In this document: positions 8,139 through 16,899 of the stretch, in pieces | How the letters are laid out: each line of letters begins with the position of its first letter | Position numbering within the stretch: the stretch's first letter is position 1 | Source of the DNA: a virus | Direction: 5' to 3' (one strand) | IMG/VR virus record: IMGVR_UViG_3300027708_001637 | Length of the DNA stretch: 64,000 bases | Made by a program: the position numbers and the translations under genes | Notes under the pieces: model-generated | Database searches by the model: none | What the model was told of the DNA's origin: nothing | What the model saw: only the letters and a program-made list of their open reading frames with translations

Positions 8139-9152
8139 TTATAGGTCGTTGTAAATTTGTAAAAGTGTGTTTTTGTCAAATTGGCCATTCTCTAAGTTAA
8201 CTAAACTGTCAGTGACAATTTGATCAACGCTTTCAAATAGGCTGTCGGGGTTTTCATCTACAGTACCATCCAAGTTAACTTTATCTTGGATTAGACTAAT
8301 CTCTCTAATATCATAGTCTTGCACAAACTTTTCTTTTAGGAAGTTGGCTTCTTCAAAGGTAATATCAATGTCCAGATTTACCTTTAAGTGCATCTTACCC
8401 TTCATAATATTGTCTGTATCATCGAGTAGTTGGCTTAATTTAAGTGTACGGAACTTGGGACAGTTGGGCCAATTAACAAATTGTGGCTCGCCTCCCCATT
8501 CTAAAATCATCATACCACGGTCATCGTCCCACGAATCTGCAAAATTATGCGGGAAGGCATTGCCAATATACCAAATTCGTTCTTTGTTTTGACGTTTGTG
8601 GAAGTGTCCACTAAACACATAGTCCTGATGTACAAAGTGTCCCGGGCTTAGTTCGCCGTGATCGGGCATTTGCACCATAGCATTCATATAGAATAAGGGC
8701 AATTCAAAATGCCCAAACATATATTTGCTTTTGATTTTACCTAAATTCTTCCATTCCTCGCCCACTAGCCAAGGTACAAGGGTGACATCATCAAGTGTTG
8801 TAACACTATCTACGATTGTGACACCTGGAATGTGCCGACCAAAGGCACTGGAATGAATGTCACGCTTGTCTTTGTAGAACAGATCGTGGTTACCTGGGAA
8901 CCAAAAGAACTGTTCAAATGCTGCGCCTAATTTTTCTAATAGGCTAATTGATGTATTGAGGGTGAATAAGTTGAGACTATTTCTATTGTGCGACCAGTCG
9001 CCCATAAAAATACAAGTTTCGCAATTGGCTTTTTTAGCCTCGCTGATAAACCAGTCTACAAATTCTTCACAATCTCTTAAATGTGTTGTTGAATTGGATT
9101 TAAGTCCAACGTGAAGGTCGGTAAAAACCGCTACCTTTTTAAATAGGCTCAT
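8139..9152 (-). CDS. gp47: Recombination endonuclease nuclease subunit (gp47 / Mre11 / SbcD)
   Basis: Metallophosphoesterase motifs DLH, GD, GNHD, GHF, GHFH; adjacent to gp46. Confidence 0.95.
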   Translation of the reverse strand: MSLFKKVAVFTDLHVGLKSNSTTHLRDCEEFVDWFISEAKKANCETCIFMGDWSHNRNSLNLFTLNTSISLLEKLGAAFEQFFWFPGNHDLFYKDKRDIHSSAFGRHIPGVTIVDSVTTLDDVTLVPWLVGEEWKNLGKIKSKYMFGHFELPLFYMNAMVQMPDHGELSPGHFVHQDYVFSGHFHKRQNKERIWYIGNAFPHNFADSWDDDRGMMILEWGGEPQFVNWPNCPKFRTLKLSQLLDDTDNIMKGKMHLKVNLDIDITFEEANFLKEKFVQDYDIREISLIQDKVNLDGTVDENPDSLFESVDQIVTDSLVNLENGQFDKNTLLQIYNDL

Positions 9153-9172
9153 TAATAAATTCTCCTATTTTA

Positions 9173-9201
9173 AGTATAGCGGTCTGTATTACAGAAGTCA
9201 A
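9173..9201 (-). promoter_or_regulatory. sigma70-type promoter TTGACT-17-TATACT
   Basis: -35 at 9196-9201 and -10 at 9173-9178, upstream of gp47. Confidence 0.75.
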
Positions 9202-9202
9202 A

Positions 9203-10120
9203 TTAAATATCTTCGTTTTCTATTTCTTCTTCTTCAGATACTGTTTCGCTCTTAGGTCTACGCATATTTTTATATAGTTCTGCCTGTCGAGCAATTTCTT
9301 CTGCGTACCCTTGACTGTTTTGACGAGTTAAACTTGGAGTCAAGCCTGCTTCTTCTAACAAGTCATCACGGATATTTTGACTCTTTTTCTCAATATTAAG
9401 AATACGAGTAAAGGAGTTGGTCACTGCCGCTGTGTAATATGCAAATGGATTTTCTGATTTGGATTCATCAAACTGTAATCCAATGTGGCTTAGTTGTAGG
9501 ATAGCCTGTCCTTTCATTTCATCAACATAAGTATAACCGCGCCAGTTACTACGTTGGGCATATCGTTCACTTAGTTTGATAAACATCTTGCCAAGATTTT
9601 CTGTAATGCGTCCGTGATCCTTGCTAAAGTGCCCTTTGTCTACTGAACCTTTCCAATGACTCTTGCCCACGCATATCAATTCGTCCTGATCATTAAACTT
9701 CCAATGTTGGAAAGGAGGAAAGTTTACTTTGTCGTGACTGTCGGCAGTATTTTTAACAGTTTTCTTACGCCCTGGAGCAAGTGGTATATGGTCAAATGTC
9801 ATAATACGGATCACTATATCCGTTTTGGCAATTGTTTTATAGTCTGCTGTACATTCTGCAAGTTTGATTTTCTTGTCACCACTTGCTCTTGCTGCTGCAA
9901 ATGCCAGTAGGCCTAATCTTTTGGCTTGAGCCCTTTTAGCATCTGCTATTGTTCTAATGTTAATCTTATCTAAACTGGATAAAATAATATCGTGTTGTTG
10001 ATATTCTGGCTGAGTAAAACTTGAGAATGAACATTTGCTACGATGTATTTCTGCTAACAAGTCTTTATTGTTTAAGTATTTTACCTTTCTACCAGATGGT
10101 GCGATGGATATTGTAGTCAT
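9203..10120 (-). CDS. gp55: Late-transcription sigma factor (T4 gp55-like)
   Basis: LGKMFIKLSERY...NWRGYTYVDEM...FDESKSENPFAYYT...SF.R.L..EKK, typical of gp55; T4-like linkage to gp47/gp46. Confidence 0.88.
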   Translation of the reverse strand: MTTISIAPSGRKVKYLNNKDLLAEIHRSKCSFSSFTQPEYQQHDIILSSLDKINIRTIADAKRAQAKRLGLLAFAAARASGDKKIKLAECTADYKTIAKTDIVIRIMTFDHIPLAPGRKKTVKNTADSHDKVNFPPFQHWKFNDQDELICVGKSHWKGSVDKGHFSKDHGRITENLGKMFIKLSERYAQRSNWRGYTYVDEMKGQAILQLSHIGLQFDESKSENPFAYYTAAVTNSFTRILNIEKKSQNIRDDLLEEAGLTPSLTRQNSQGYAEEIARQAELYKNMRRPKSETVSEEEEIENEDI

Positions 10121-10150
10121 ATTGTTGTTTTTATTTTCCCTATGTCTTTA

Positions 10151-10178
10151 AGTATAGCACAGAATTGGCAAGTGTCAA
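10151..10178 (-). promoter_or_regulatory. sigma70-type promoter TTGACA-16-TATACT for gp55
   Basis: -35 at 10173-10178 and -10 at 10151-10156. Confidence 0.65.
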
Positions 10179-10202
10179 CCAAATCTTATTATCTTAGCAC
10201 AT

Positions 10203-10210
10203 TATTTATA
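10203..10210 (-). promoter_or_regulatory. T4-type late promoter TATAAATA pointing at gp55
   Basis: Exact consensus on the minus strand. Confidence 0.5.
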
Positions 10211-10211
10211 G

Positions 10212-10219
10212 GTTAAATA
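10212..10219 (+). promoter_or_regulatory. Late promoter variant GTTAAATA for the baseplate operon
   Basis: TAAATA core 22 nt upstream of the 10242 start; AAGGA RBS follows. Confidence 0.45.
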
Positions 10220-10241
10220 GTGTATCAAGGAATAATTATTT

Positions 10242-11084
10242 ATGGCTCTCAAACCCAGTGCATATCAAGAATATATTGCCAAACAATATGAAAACGCTCC
10301 AGTAGTGGGTGCATATGCGGACAATTTTGCCAATTCAGTATTGGGAGATGCAGCAGCGTTGAATTTTTCGCAATCTGCTAGTACTAATAATAGTATTGTG
10401 GGCGGTGGGGGAACCGCTGATGGGAAAGTATCCGCAGGGGCCAATCCCGCAAAAAATCTCGATACTAATTTTATAATATCAAATCGAAAAAAAGATTTAC
10501 GAGTTAGAATAAAAGTTCCAACGTCTTATCAACATTCTGATACCAATGCTGGTAAGGCACAACGGGGAATTATATTTCCTTATACACCACAAATTAGCAT
10601 TGAATACAAGGCTGAATATTCTTCTCAAAATCCCTTGCACAGTAATTATACATTTAATTTTTACAAAAACAGTTCAATCAGTGATATTGGTATCCAAGGT
10701 GTTTTTACAGTACAGAACGATCGAGATGCATTGGCATTGCTATCCACCATACATTTATTACGGGCTTTGACTAAAGGAAGATTTGGTTTTAGTGATGAAT
10801 TGAGAGGTGCTCCGCCGCCAATTTGCAGATTATTAGCTTATGGTGATTATATGTTGGATAATGTTCCTGTTTCTATTGCAAGTTTCAGGCATGATTTACC
10901 AACTGATGTGGATTACTACCCCTTATCAAAAAATGCTCAAGATAATGTTTTTGGTGAGGCTTTAGTTCCTATCAAAAGCACTATCATTGTAAATTGTAAA
11001 ATAATGTATAGTAGGGAAGAGATGCTTAGTGCCACCGTTCCCAAATGGTTCGGCGGCGAAACCCGCAAACGAGGTCTTCTATAA
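10242..11084 (+). CDS. Baseplate-tube junction / tube initiator protein (gp48/gp54-like)
   Basis: IIFPYTPQISI...HSNY...PPPIC.L..YG...L.NVPV.I.SF motifs typical of contractile-tail tube initiators; first gene of the baseplate operon. Confidence 0.65.
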   Translation: MALKPSAYQEYIAKQYENAPVVGAYADNFANSVLGDAAALNFSQSASTNNSIVGGGGTADGKVSAGANPAKNLDTNFIISNRKKDLRVRIKVPTSYQHSDTNAGKAQRGIIFPYTPQISIEYKAEYSSQNPLHSNYTFNFYKNSSISDIGIQGVFTVQNDRDALALLSTIHLLRALTKGRFGFSDELRGAPPPICRLLAYGDYMLDNVPVSIASFRHDLPTDVDYYPLSKNAQDNVFGEALVPIKSTIIVNCKIMYSREEMLSATVPKWFGGETRKRGLL

Positions 11085-11383
11085 TGGCTCAATACAGTTC
11101 AAAAAGTCCATATTATTCCACATCAGCAGGTCTAGGATATCTTGATGTTATAAATTATCGACCTGTGCCTACTTCAACTGATGATATACTATACACAATT
11201 CCTAAAATTTATGAATTTAGACCCGACTTATTGGCCTATCACCTATACAATGATGTTGAATTATGGTGGGTATTTTCGGCCAGGAATCCAACAATACTAC
11301 AAGATCCTGTATTTGATATGATTGTGGGCGTTCAGATTTACTTGCCTCAGTTGACACTAATGAAAACAAGTTTAGGAATATAA
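11084..11383 (+). CDS. LysM-like baseplate wedge protein (gp53-like)
   Basis: YEFRPDLLAYHLYNDVELWWVF..RNP motif; start set at the ATG at 11084 (TAATG overlap). Confidence 0.8.
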   Translation: MAQYSSKSPYYSTSAGLGYLDVINYRPVPTSTDDILYTIPKIYEFRPDLLAYHLYNDVELWWVFSARNPTILQDPVFDMIVGVQIYLPQLTLMKTSLGI

Positions 11384-11384
11384 G

Positions 11385-14228
11385 ATGGCTGGTCCTAATT
11401 TATCCGTAAGTACCGATTCATCTGGTAAGATACATTATTATAATACTCCACCAGGTACTTCAACACCTCTCGAAATATCCAAAATGTCTTATGACGCAGC
11501 ACAACAAGCAGTTGCCAACACCAATTTGAATAAAAGGGATAGTGTCCAGCAGCGCCAACTTCTTGCAAAAACTTTGCCACAGGGTCCTGAAGAACAAAAA
11601 AGAATTGAAGATGAAAAGGCTGCACAGGCACTTGCAATTGGTAATAGAGACAAGTTTTTACAAGAAAATTCGGCACCATCGGGAGCTGGCCCAGCTAAAC
11701 TTGGCACAAATGTATTGAACAAATATAGATCATTTAATTATAATTTTACAATTGCATCTCTAACTTTTGATCAATTTAATAATTTTGCAAATTACAAAAT
11801 TGAAAACACTGACGATTTAAAATATGTAGTGTTGTCTTCCAAAGGAAAAAATAGGCCCGAAGCAAACAATGTAGTTCAAGACTCTGAAAATAAGGTGCTT
11901 AATGCGCCAACAAGTGCAGATATAACTGCTTTTGATGCAGTCTTACAATCACAAAGAGCTGCCCAAGCAGCCGCTATTGCAGATAACAACCCCAAGTTGG
12001 CCAAAGCCATTGGTGAATCTATTAATCAAATTGTAATAGATCAATCAAAAGCAGTATACGCAGCCCAACAGGCCGTAGAAAAAGAAACTGGGACGTCTTA
12101 TGTACCTGTTACCACTAGTGAAGTCATACAGGAATATAATAAAAATAGTTCTGGCAGATTTGATATGTTCATTGACGATGTTGAAATCAAAGCAGTAATT
12201 GCTAGTAATCAACAAACTACCACTGCCATTGGTTACGAAATTAATTTTACTGTTATTGAGCCCTATAGTTCATTTGGTTTTTTTGAGGCGTTACAGGCAT
12301 CGGCCCTAGCGGCGGGTTATTACAGTTATTTAGATTGCAACTTTGTGTTAGCAGTAGATTTTATAGGATATAAAGATGATGATACGGGAGGTAAACCTGT
12401 ACCAATTATAGATCCTTCAGTCAATCAACCAGCAATTCGGTTTTTTCCTATTACTATTTTTGACGTACAAACAACAATTACTCACGAGGGAACCAAATAT
12501 ATTTGCAAATCAGTTCCCAGCGCATATGGTGCAATTACTGAGGAGGAAACTGCTAAAACATCTATGAGCCCAGAGGGCAGTAACGTTAAGGCACAATTAA
12601 CAGATTTAATGCAAAAAATGACCCTAGCGGCCAAAAACGCTGCTATACAAATTGGTAATCCAAATTGGGATACTTATAAAGTAGAATTTCCAACTATTGC
12701 AGAAAATGGTACAGTTTCTGAAAATGTTGACAATGAAATTGCAGCCTATGAATTTGACCCCACATTTAGTACTGATAGCATGAAACCACAGGAAATTGAA
12801 CAACTGGCTGCAACAGACCCTCGTCGCCTGTTTGTTTCACCATCTGATCCATCAATTCCCACTAAAGAAAAAATTGAAGCTATAATTTTTAAAAGCAAAT
12901 ATATAACCGATTTAATTAAAGCATCATACGATGGAGGAAACATTGACAGTTTTGTCAATGCCGCCCGCCAAGCCAAACTGTTTAGAGTAGTATTGAAAAA
13001 AACAGTGGATAAGGATAAAATAAATTGGTTAACTGGACGTCATTCAGTCATTTGGACTTATCAAGTTATTCCTACTCGAACTGCTTACCATAGAGTACCA
13101 GGCCAATATAATAATATTACAAGTATAGATGATATTAAACCACTTGTATTAAGAAAATACGATTATATCTATACAGGTTTGAATACTGATGTATTAGATT
13201 TTAAAATTAATCTTAATTTTGCATATTATTCTGTAATAAATCCAACACTTGGCGCTGATCAACAACCTGGTTCTCAGCAGGGCGATGCTGCAACTGGCAA
13301 CACTAATCCAAAATTACCTTTTAGCAAAGCTCCAACTAAAGCTGGCCTTCGTGCAATTCCATTTGCACCCTGGAGAAGCCCGCCATATGTATTGGAGGAA
13401 AATCCAAAAGCAGCGCCCACACCAGGTGATGCTATACTAGCAAACGTGAATATATTTCATCAAAATTTAATGGATTCGCCTACATCATTAGTTGAGGGAG
13501 AAATAACTATTTTAGGAGATCCTTATTTTCTTATTAGTGGGGGATCTAATAATTACATATTGCCCAATAGTATACAAGGACAATATGCAGGCAACGGCGA
13601 AGCCGCAGCACTAGCTGGCGATGTGTATGTTCAATTGAATTTTTACAATCCTGGGGATATTGGGGCTAAGGGAGTAATTGATAAACAACTGACTGGTTTT
13701 AGTGGTATATTTCAAATCATTGAAGTAAACAACGTATTTAAAAACGGAGCATTTACTCAAGTACTACAATATGTTCGTGTACCTACTCCAATTGACGACT
13801 ACATCAAATCTGGATCTAAAGTTGGCCTAAGTAGTACTGTTGCTCCGTTAAATGTACGTGGAGATGATTCATCTCCGCCTGCTGCACATCCAGCAACCTC
13901 ATCAGATGGTGTTGTAATCACGCCTACTTCCTCTGAGAATAAACCACCTCAGGCACCACAAGATAAAACAGCATTATATCAAGGATTTACAGCAGGCGGC
14001 AATCCAATATCTAAAGCAACTATTGATTATGCTAATTTGGCAGCTGGCCTTAAAAATCCATTTGCTCAAGTGCAAGCAGCCGTAACAGATTTACAAACAA
14101 CAGTCAATTCTGCAGGAAATCAAATAACTGGTGCAATACGTTCTGCAGAAAATCAAGTAACGGGCGCAATTTCCGCCAAGGTGGCTACAGTTACTGGCCC
14201 GTTATCTAATATTATACAAAAAGGTTAA
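11385..14228 (+). CDS. Baseplate hub protein (gp27-like)
   Basis: 947 aa between gp53-like and gp5; late-D-like G.ITILGDP and FSGIFQIIEV.N.F..G.FTQ.L motifs near the C-terminus. Confidence 0.6.
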   Translation: MAGPNLSVSTDSSGKIHYYNTPPGTSTPLEISKMSYDAAQQAVANTNLNKRDSVQQRQLLAKTLPQGPEEQKRIEDEKAAQALAIGNRDKFLQENSAPSGAGPAKLGTNVLNKYRSFNYNFTIASLTFDQFNNFANYKIENTDDLKYVVLSSKGKNRPEANNVVQDSENKVLNAPTSADITAFDAVLQSQRAAQAAAIADNNPKLAKAIGESINQIVIDQSKAVYAAQQAVEKETGTSYVPVTTSEVIQEYNKNSSGRFDMFIDDVEIKAVIASNQQTTTAIGYEINFTVIEPYSSFGFFEALQASALAAGYYSYLDCNFVLAVDFIGYKDDDTGGKPVPIIDPSVNQPAIRFFPITIFDVQTTITHEGTKYICKSVPSAYGAITEEETAKTSMSPEGSNVKAQLTDLMQKMTLAAKNAAIQIGNPNWDTYKVEFPTIAENGTVSENVDNEIAAYEFDPTFSTDSMKPQEIEQLAATDPRRLFVSPSDPSIPTKEKIEAIIFKSKYITDLIKASYDGGNIDSFVNAARQAKLFRVVLKKTVDKDKINWLTGRHSVIWTYQVIPTRTAYHRVPGQYNNITSIDDIKPLVLRKYDYIYTGLNTDVLDFKINLNFAYYSVINPTLGADQQPGSQQGDAATGNTNPKLPFSKAPTKAGLRAIPFAPWRSPPYVLEENPKAAPTPGDAILANVNIFHQNLMDSPTSLVEGEITILGDPYFLISGGSNNYILPNSIQGQYAGNGEAAALAGDVYVQLNFYNPGDIGAKGVIDKQLTGFSGIFQIIEVNNVFKNGAFTQVLQYVRVPTPIDDYIKSGSKVGLSSTVAPLNVRGDDSSPPAAHPATSSDGVVITPTSSENKPPQAPQDKTALYQGFTAGGNPISKATIDYANLAAGLKNPFAQVQAAVTDLQTTVNSAGNQITGAIRSAENQVTGAISAKVATVTGPLSNIIQKG

Positions 14229-14240
14229 AGGTAATCAAAT

Positions 14241-16400
14241 ATGGCAATTGGAAAAATTCCTTCTAGTTTAATAGCAGGCAGTCCAACTAGTAAACAAAGT
14301 ACTGGACCATATCTTGCAGAAGTGGTCAATGTAATTGACAACACACATATGGGAAGCCTCGAAGTAGTATTGCTCCGAGGCACAACACCTGATATCAATG
14401 ATCCTGGTGCAAGAATTGTAGCACACTACTTGAGTCCTTTTTACGGTTCAACATCTGTAAGATATGAAGGCAATAATGCCAAAGATTATAATGATGTTCA
14501 GAAGAGTTATGGTATGTGGTTTGTGCCGCCAGATGTTGGCACAACCGTTATGGTTATATTTGTTGCAAACAACTACAATCAATGTTATTGGATAGGTTGC
14601 GTGCCTGATCGAAATCAAAATCATATGGTACCAGGCATTGCTGCATCTGAACTTACCAATATGACATCAGAGCAGGTCAACAAATACGGCACAAAAATTT
14701 TACCAGTTGCGGAATATAACAAGAAAACGGAAAAACTTAAAAATACAGATGTTGATAAAATTCTTAGACCAATTCATCCATTTGCAGATAGATTATTGGC
14801 ACAGGGCCTGTTACTAGATAACATTCGTGGTGTTACATCAAGTAGCGCTCGTCGACCTATACCAAAAGATGTTTTTTATGCAAATTCAGCATTCGGTATT
14901 AGCACACCTGGCCCAGTTGATCTAAATGGCAGAAAAGGAATTGTTGGATCTGGCAAGGGTAGGGAGATACCAATTAGTAGATTGGGTGGTAGCACATTTG
15001 TCATGGATGACGGTGATGAAAACGGTAATAACGAATTAGTTAGAATAAGAACTAGAACTGGCCATCAAATTTTATTACATAATAGTCAAGATTTAATCTA
15101 TATCGCCAACGCGGCCGGCACTGCCTGGTTAGAAATGACTAGCAGTGGGAAAATTGACATATATGCGGCTGATAGTGTTAGTATACATAGTGAAGCAGAT
15201 TTTAATTTTCGCGCCGAACGAGATATTAATTTAGAAGCCGGTAGGAACATTAATATTGCTGCTGGCGGTGACTGGCAAGTTGACGTCACTAATAATTTTA
15301 TTGTAAATGCCGGTCGAGACGGCACACTAACATTTAGTGGTGACACTGATATACATTCAGAAGGCACTTTAATAATGGATTCGGCTAGTCCTGTTCATTT
15401 GTCAGGTACTAGTTTATATATAACATCTCAACAAGATTTAAATTTGGTAGCAGGAACTACAATGTATCAAACTGCGTCAACTGACATCAATGTGCTTGCT
15501 ACTGAAAACATTATTCAAAATGCAGTAATTATAAGTGTTAATTCTGCTCCAGGCACTGAGGGTACCAAAGCCTCTTCTGCTGCTATTGCTTCTGCAATAC
15601 CTACACAAGAATTGCCAGGAACATCTGTGGACTATCCTTGGACTAACAGTAATTTTTACAAGGGTAAAAATATTGATTCTATAATGAATCGTGTACCAAT
15701 GCACGAGCCTTGGAGCCAGCATGAAAATATTAACCCTGTTCAGTTTAGTGCTGCTGCAACTGATGTGACCAATCGTAGTGGATTTGGTACAACTTCTAGA
15801 CCGGGCGTCGCATCATCTATAGATTACTCAAAAGCGCCCAATGTTCAAGGTAATCCACCAACGTCAACTGGAGATACCAAAATTGATAATTTGTCAGCAT
15901 TTTTGTGGATGATTCGTAGTTGTGAAGGCACTAGTGGCCCACTAGGATATAGGACAATGTGGACTGGGGCAACTTTTGATCCTGAAAGTCCGACATATGT
16001 ATCAACAAACAAATATGATAAATCTTTTGATGGACAACCTAACAAGGCATATCAATGGAAAGATCATCCAAACCTTCCTATAGTTGCACCAATTAGTGGT
16101 AAGCCAGTCATATCAACTGCCGCAGGTGCGTATGCGTTCTTATATTCAACTTGGAAAGAATGCCAAGCAGCATTAAATCTCCCAGACTTCACCCCATTGA
16201 GTCAAGACAAAGCCTGTTTATATTTGCTGAAGCGTCGCCGTGCAATTGATGATATTGAAACTGGAAATTTTACGAGTGCTGTCAATAAATGTAATAGAAT
16301 ATGGGCAAGTTTACCAGGTAGTCCGTATAATCAGCATCCAAAAGATATTGGAACAGCATTAGCGTTATATAAACAGGCCGGCGGAATCGCGCTTGCATAA
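14241..16400 (+). CDS. gp5: Baseplate central spike (gp5-like) with C-terminal lambda-R-type lysozyme
   Basis: N-terminal OB-fold (GMWFVPPDVGT.V.V.F...GCV), beta-helix (RIRTRTGHQILL), C-terminal AFL.MI...EGT...AAGAY.F...TW...DF...SQD...WASLPG. Confidence 0.85.
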   Translation: MAIGKIPSSLIAGSPTSKQSTGPYLAEVVNVIDNTHMGSLEVVLLRGTTPDINDPGARIVAHYLSPFYGSTSVRYEGNNAKDYNDVQKSYGMWFVPPDVGTTVMVIFVANNYNQCYWIGCVPDRNQNHMVPGIAASELTNMTSEQVNKYGTKILPVAEYNKKTEKLKNTDVDKILRPIHPFADRLLAQGLLLDNIRGVTSSSARRPIPKDVFYANSAFGISTPGPVDLNGRKGIVGSGKGREIPISRLGGSTFVMDDGDENGNNELVRIRTRTGHQILLHNSQDLIYIANAAGTAWLEMTSSGKIDIYAADSVSIHSEADFNFRAERDINLEAGRNINIAAGGDWQVDVTNNFIVNAGRDGTLTFSGDTDIHSEGTLIMDSASPVHLSGTSLYITSQQDLNLVAGTTMYQTASTDINVLATENIIQNAVIISVNSAPGTEGTKASSAAIASAIPTQELPGTSVDYPWTNSNFYKGKNIDSIMNRVPMHEPWSQHENINPVQFSAAATDVTNRSGFGTTSRPGVASSIDYSKAPNVQGNPPTSTGDTKIDNLSAFLWMIRSCEGTSGPLGYRTMWTGATFDPESPTYVSTNKYDKSFDGQPNKAYQWKDHPNLPIVAPISGKPVISTAAGAYAFLYSTWKECQAALNLPDFTPLSQDKACLYLLKRRRAIDDIETGNFTSAVNKCNRIWASLPGSPYNQHPKDIGTALALYKQAGGIALA

Positions 16401-16403
16401 CCT

Positions 16404-16411
16404 AATAAATA
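16404..16411 (+). promoter_or_regulatory. Late promoter variant AATAAATA
   Basis: Immediately upstream of gp25. Confidence 0.5.
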
Positions 16412-16415
16412 CATT

Positions 16416-16853
16416 ATGGCATACAAATCAATCGAAATTACCAACGCCCGTGCAGTATACAAACAACCTCCTAAAACTGGTCATTTTTATGTAGGTTTTA
16501 GCAGTGTGGATATCGCCAACACCAATTCCAAATTATATGATTTAGATTTGATCAAACAAGATCTAATCAATCAATTTAATACTCGCAAGGGCGAACGATT
16601 AATGAATCCTGCATTTGGTTCAATAATTTGGGATATTATAATGGAGCCGTTAACTGACGAGATTCATGATATTATTGAACAAGACCTAACGACAATTTGT
16701 AATAGTGATCCTAGAATAGTCCCAACCCTAATCAAAGTTACTGATTTCACTGCTGGATTTTTAATTGAATTAACCATACAACTAGTTGGAAGCGATCAAT
16801 CCACAAATATGTCATTGACTTTTGATCAGCAAGTTGGCCTTTCAGTACAATAA
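16416..16853 (+). CDS. gp25: Baseplate wedge subunit gp25-like
   Basis: LIKQDL.N.F.TRKGER.MNP.FGS.IW...EP...DPR motif of the GPW/gp25 family. Confidence 0.9.
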   Translation: MAYKSIEITNARAVYKQPPKTGHFYVGFSSVDIANTNSKLYDLDLIKQDLINQFNTRKGERLMNPAFGSIIWDIIMEPLTDEIHDIIEQDLTTICNSDPRIVPTLIKVTDFTAGFLIELTIQLVGSDQSTNMSLTFDQQVGLSVQ

Positions 16854-16873
16854 TGTACACGGTTTATAGCCGT

Positions 16874-16881
16874 AATAAATA
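16874..16881 (+). promoter_or_regulatory. Late promoter variant AATAAATA
   Basis: Upstream of gp6. Confidence 0.5.
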
Positions 16882-16899
16882 CGGTATAGATAAAATAAT

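Noticed and set aside
9184-9194. CTGT-ATT-ACAG palindrome in the gp47 promoter spacer as a LexA box
   Set aside because: The spacing is 3 nt rather than the 8 nt of CTGT-N8-ACAG, and it is not repeated at other promoters.
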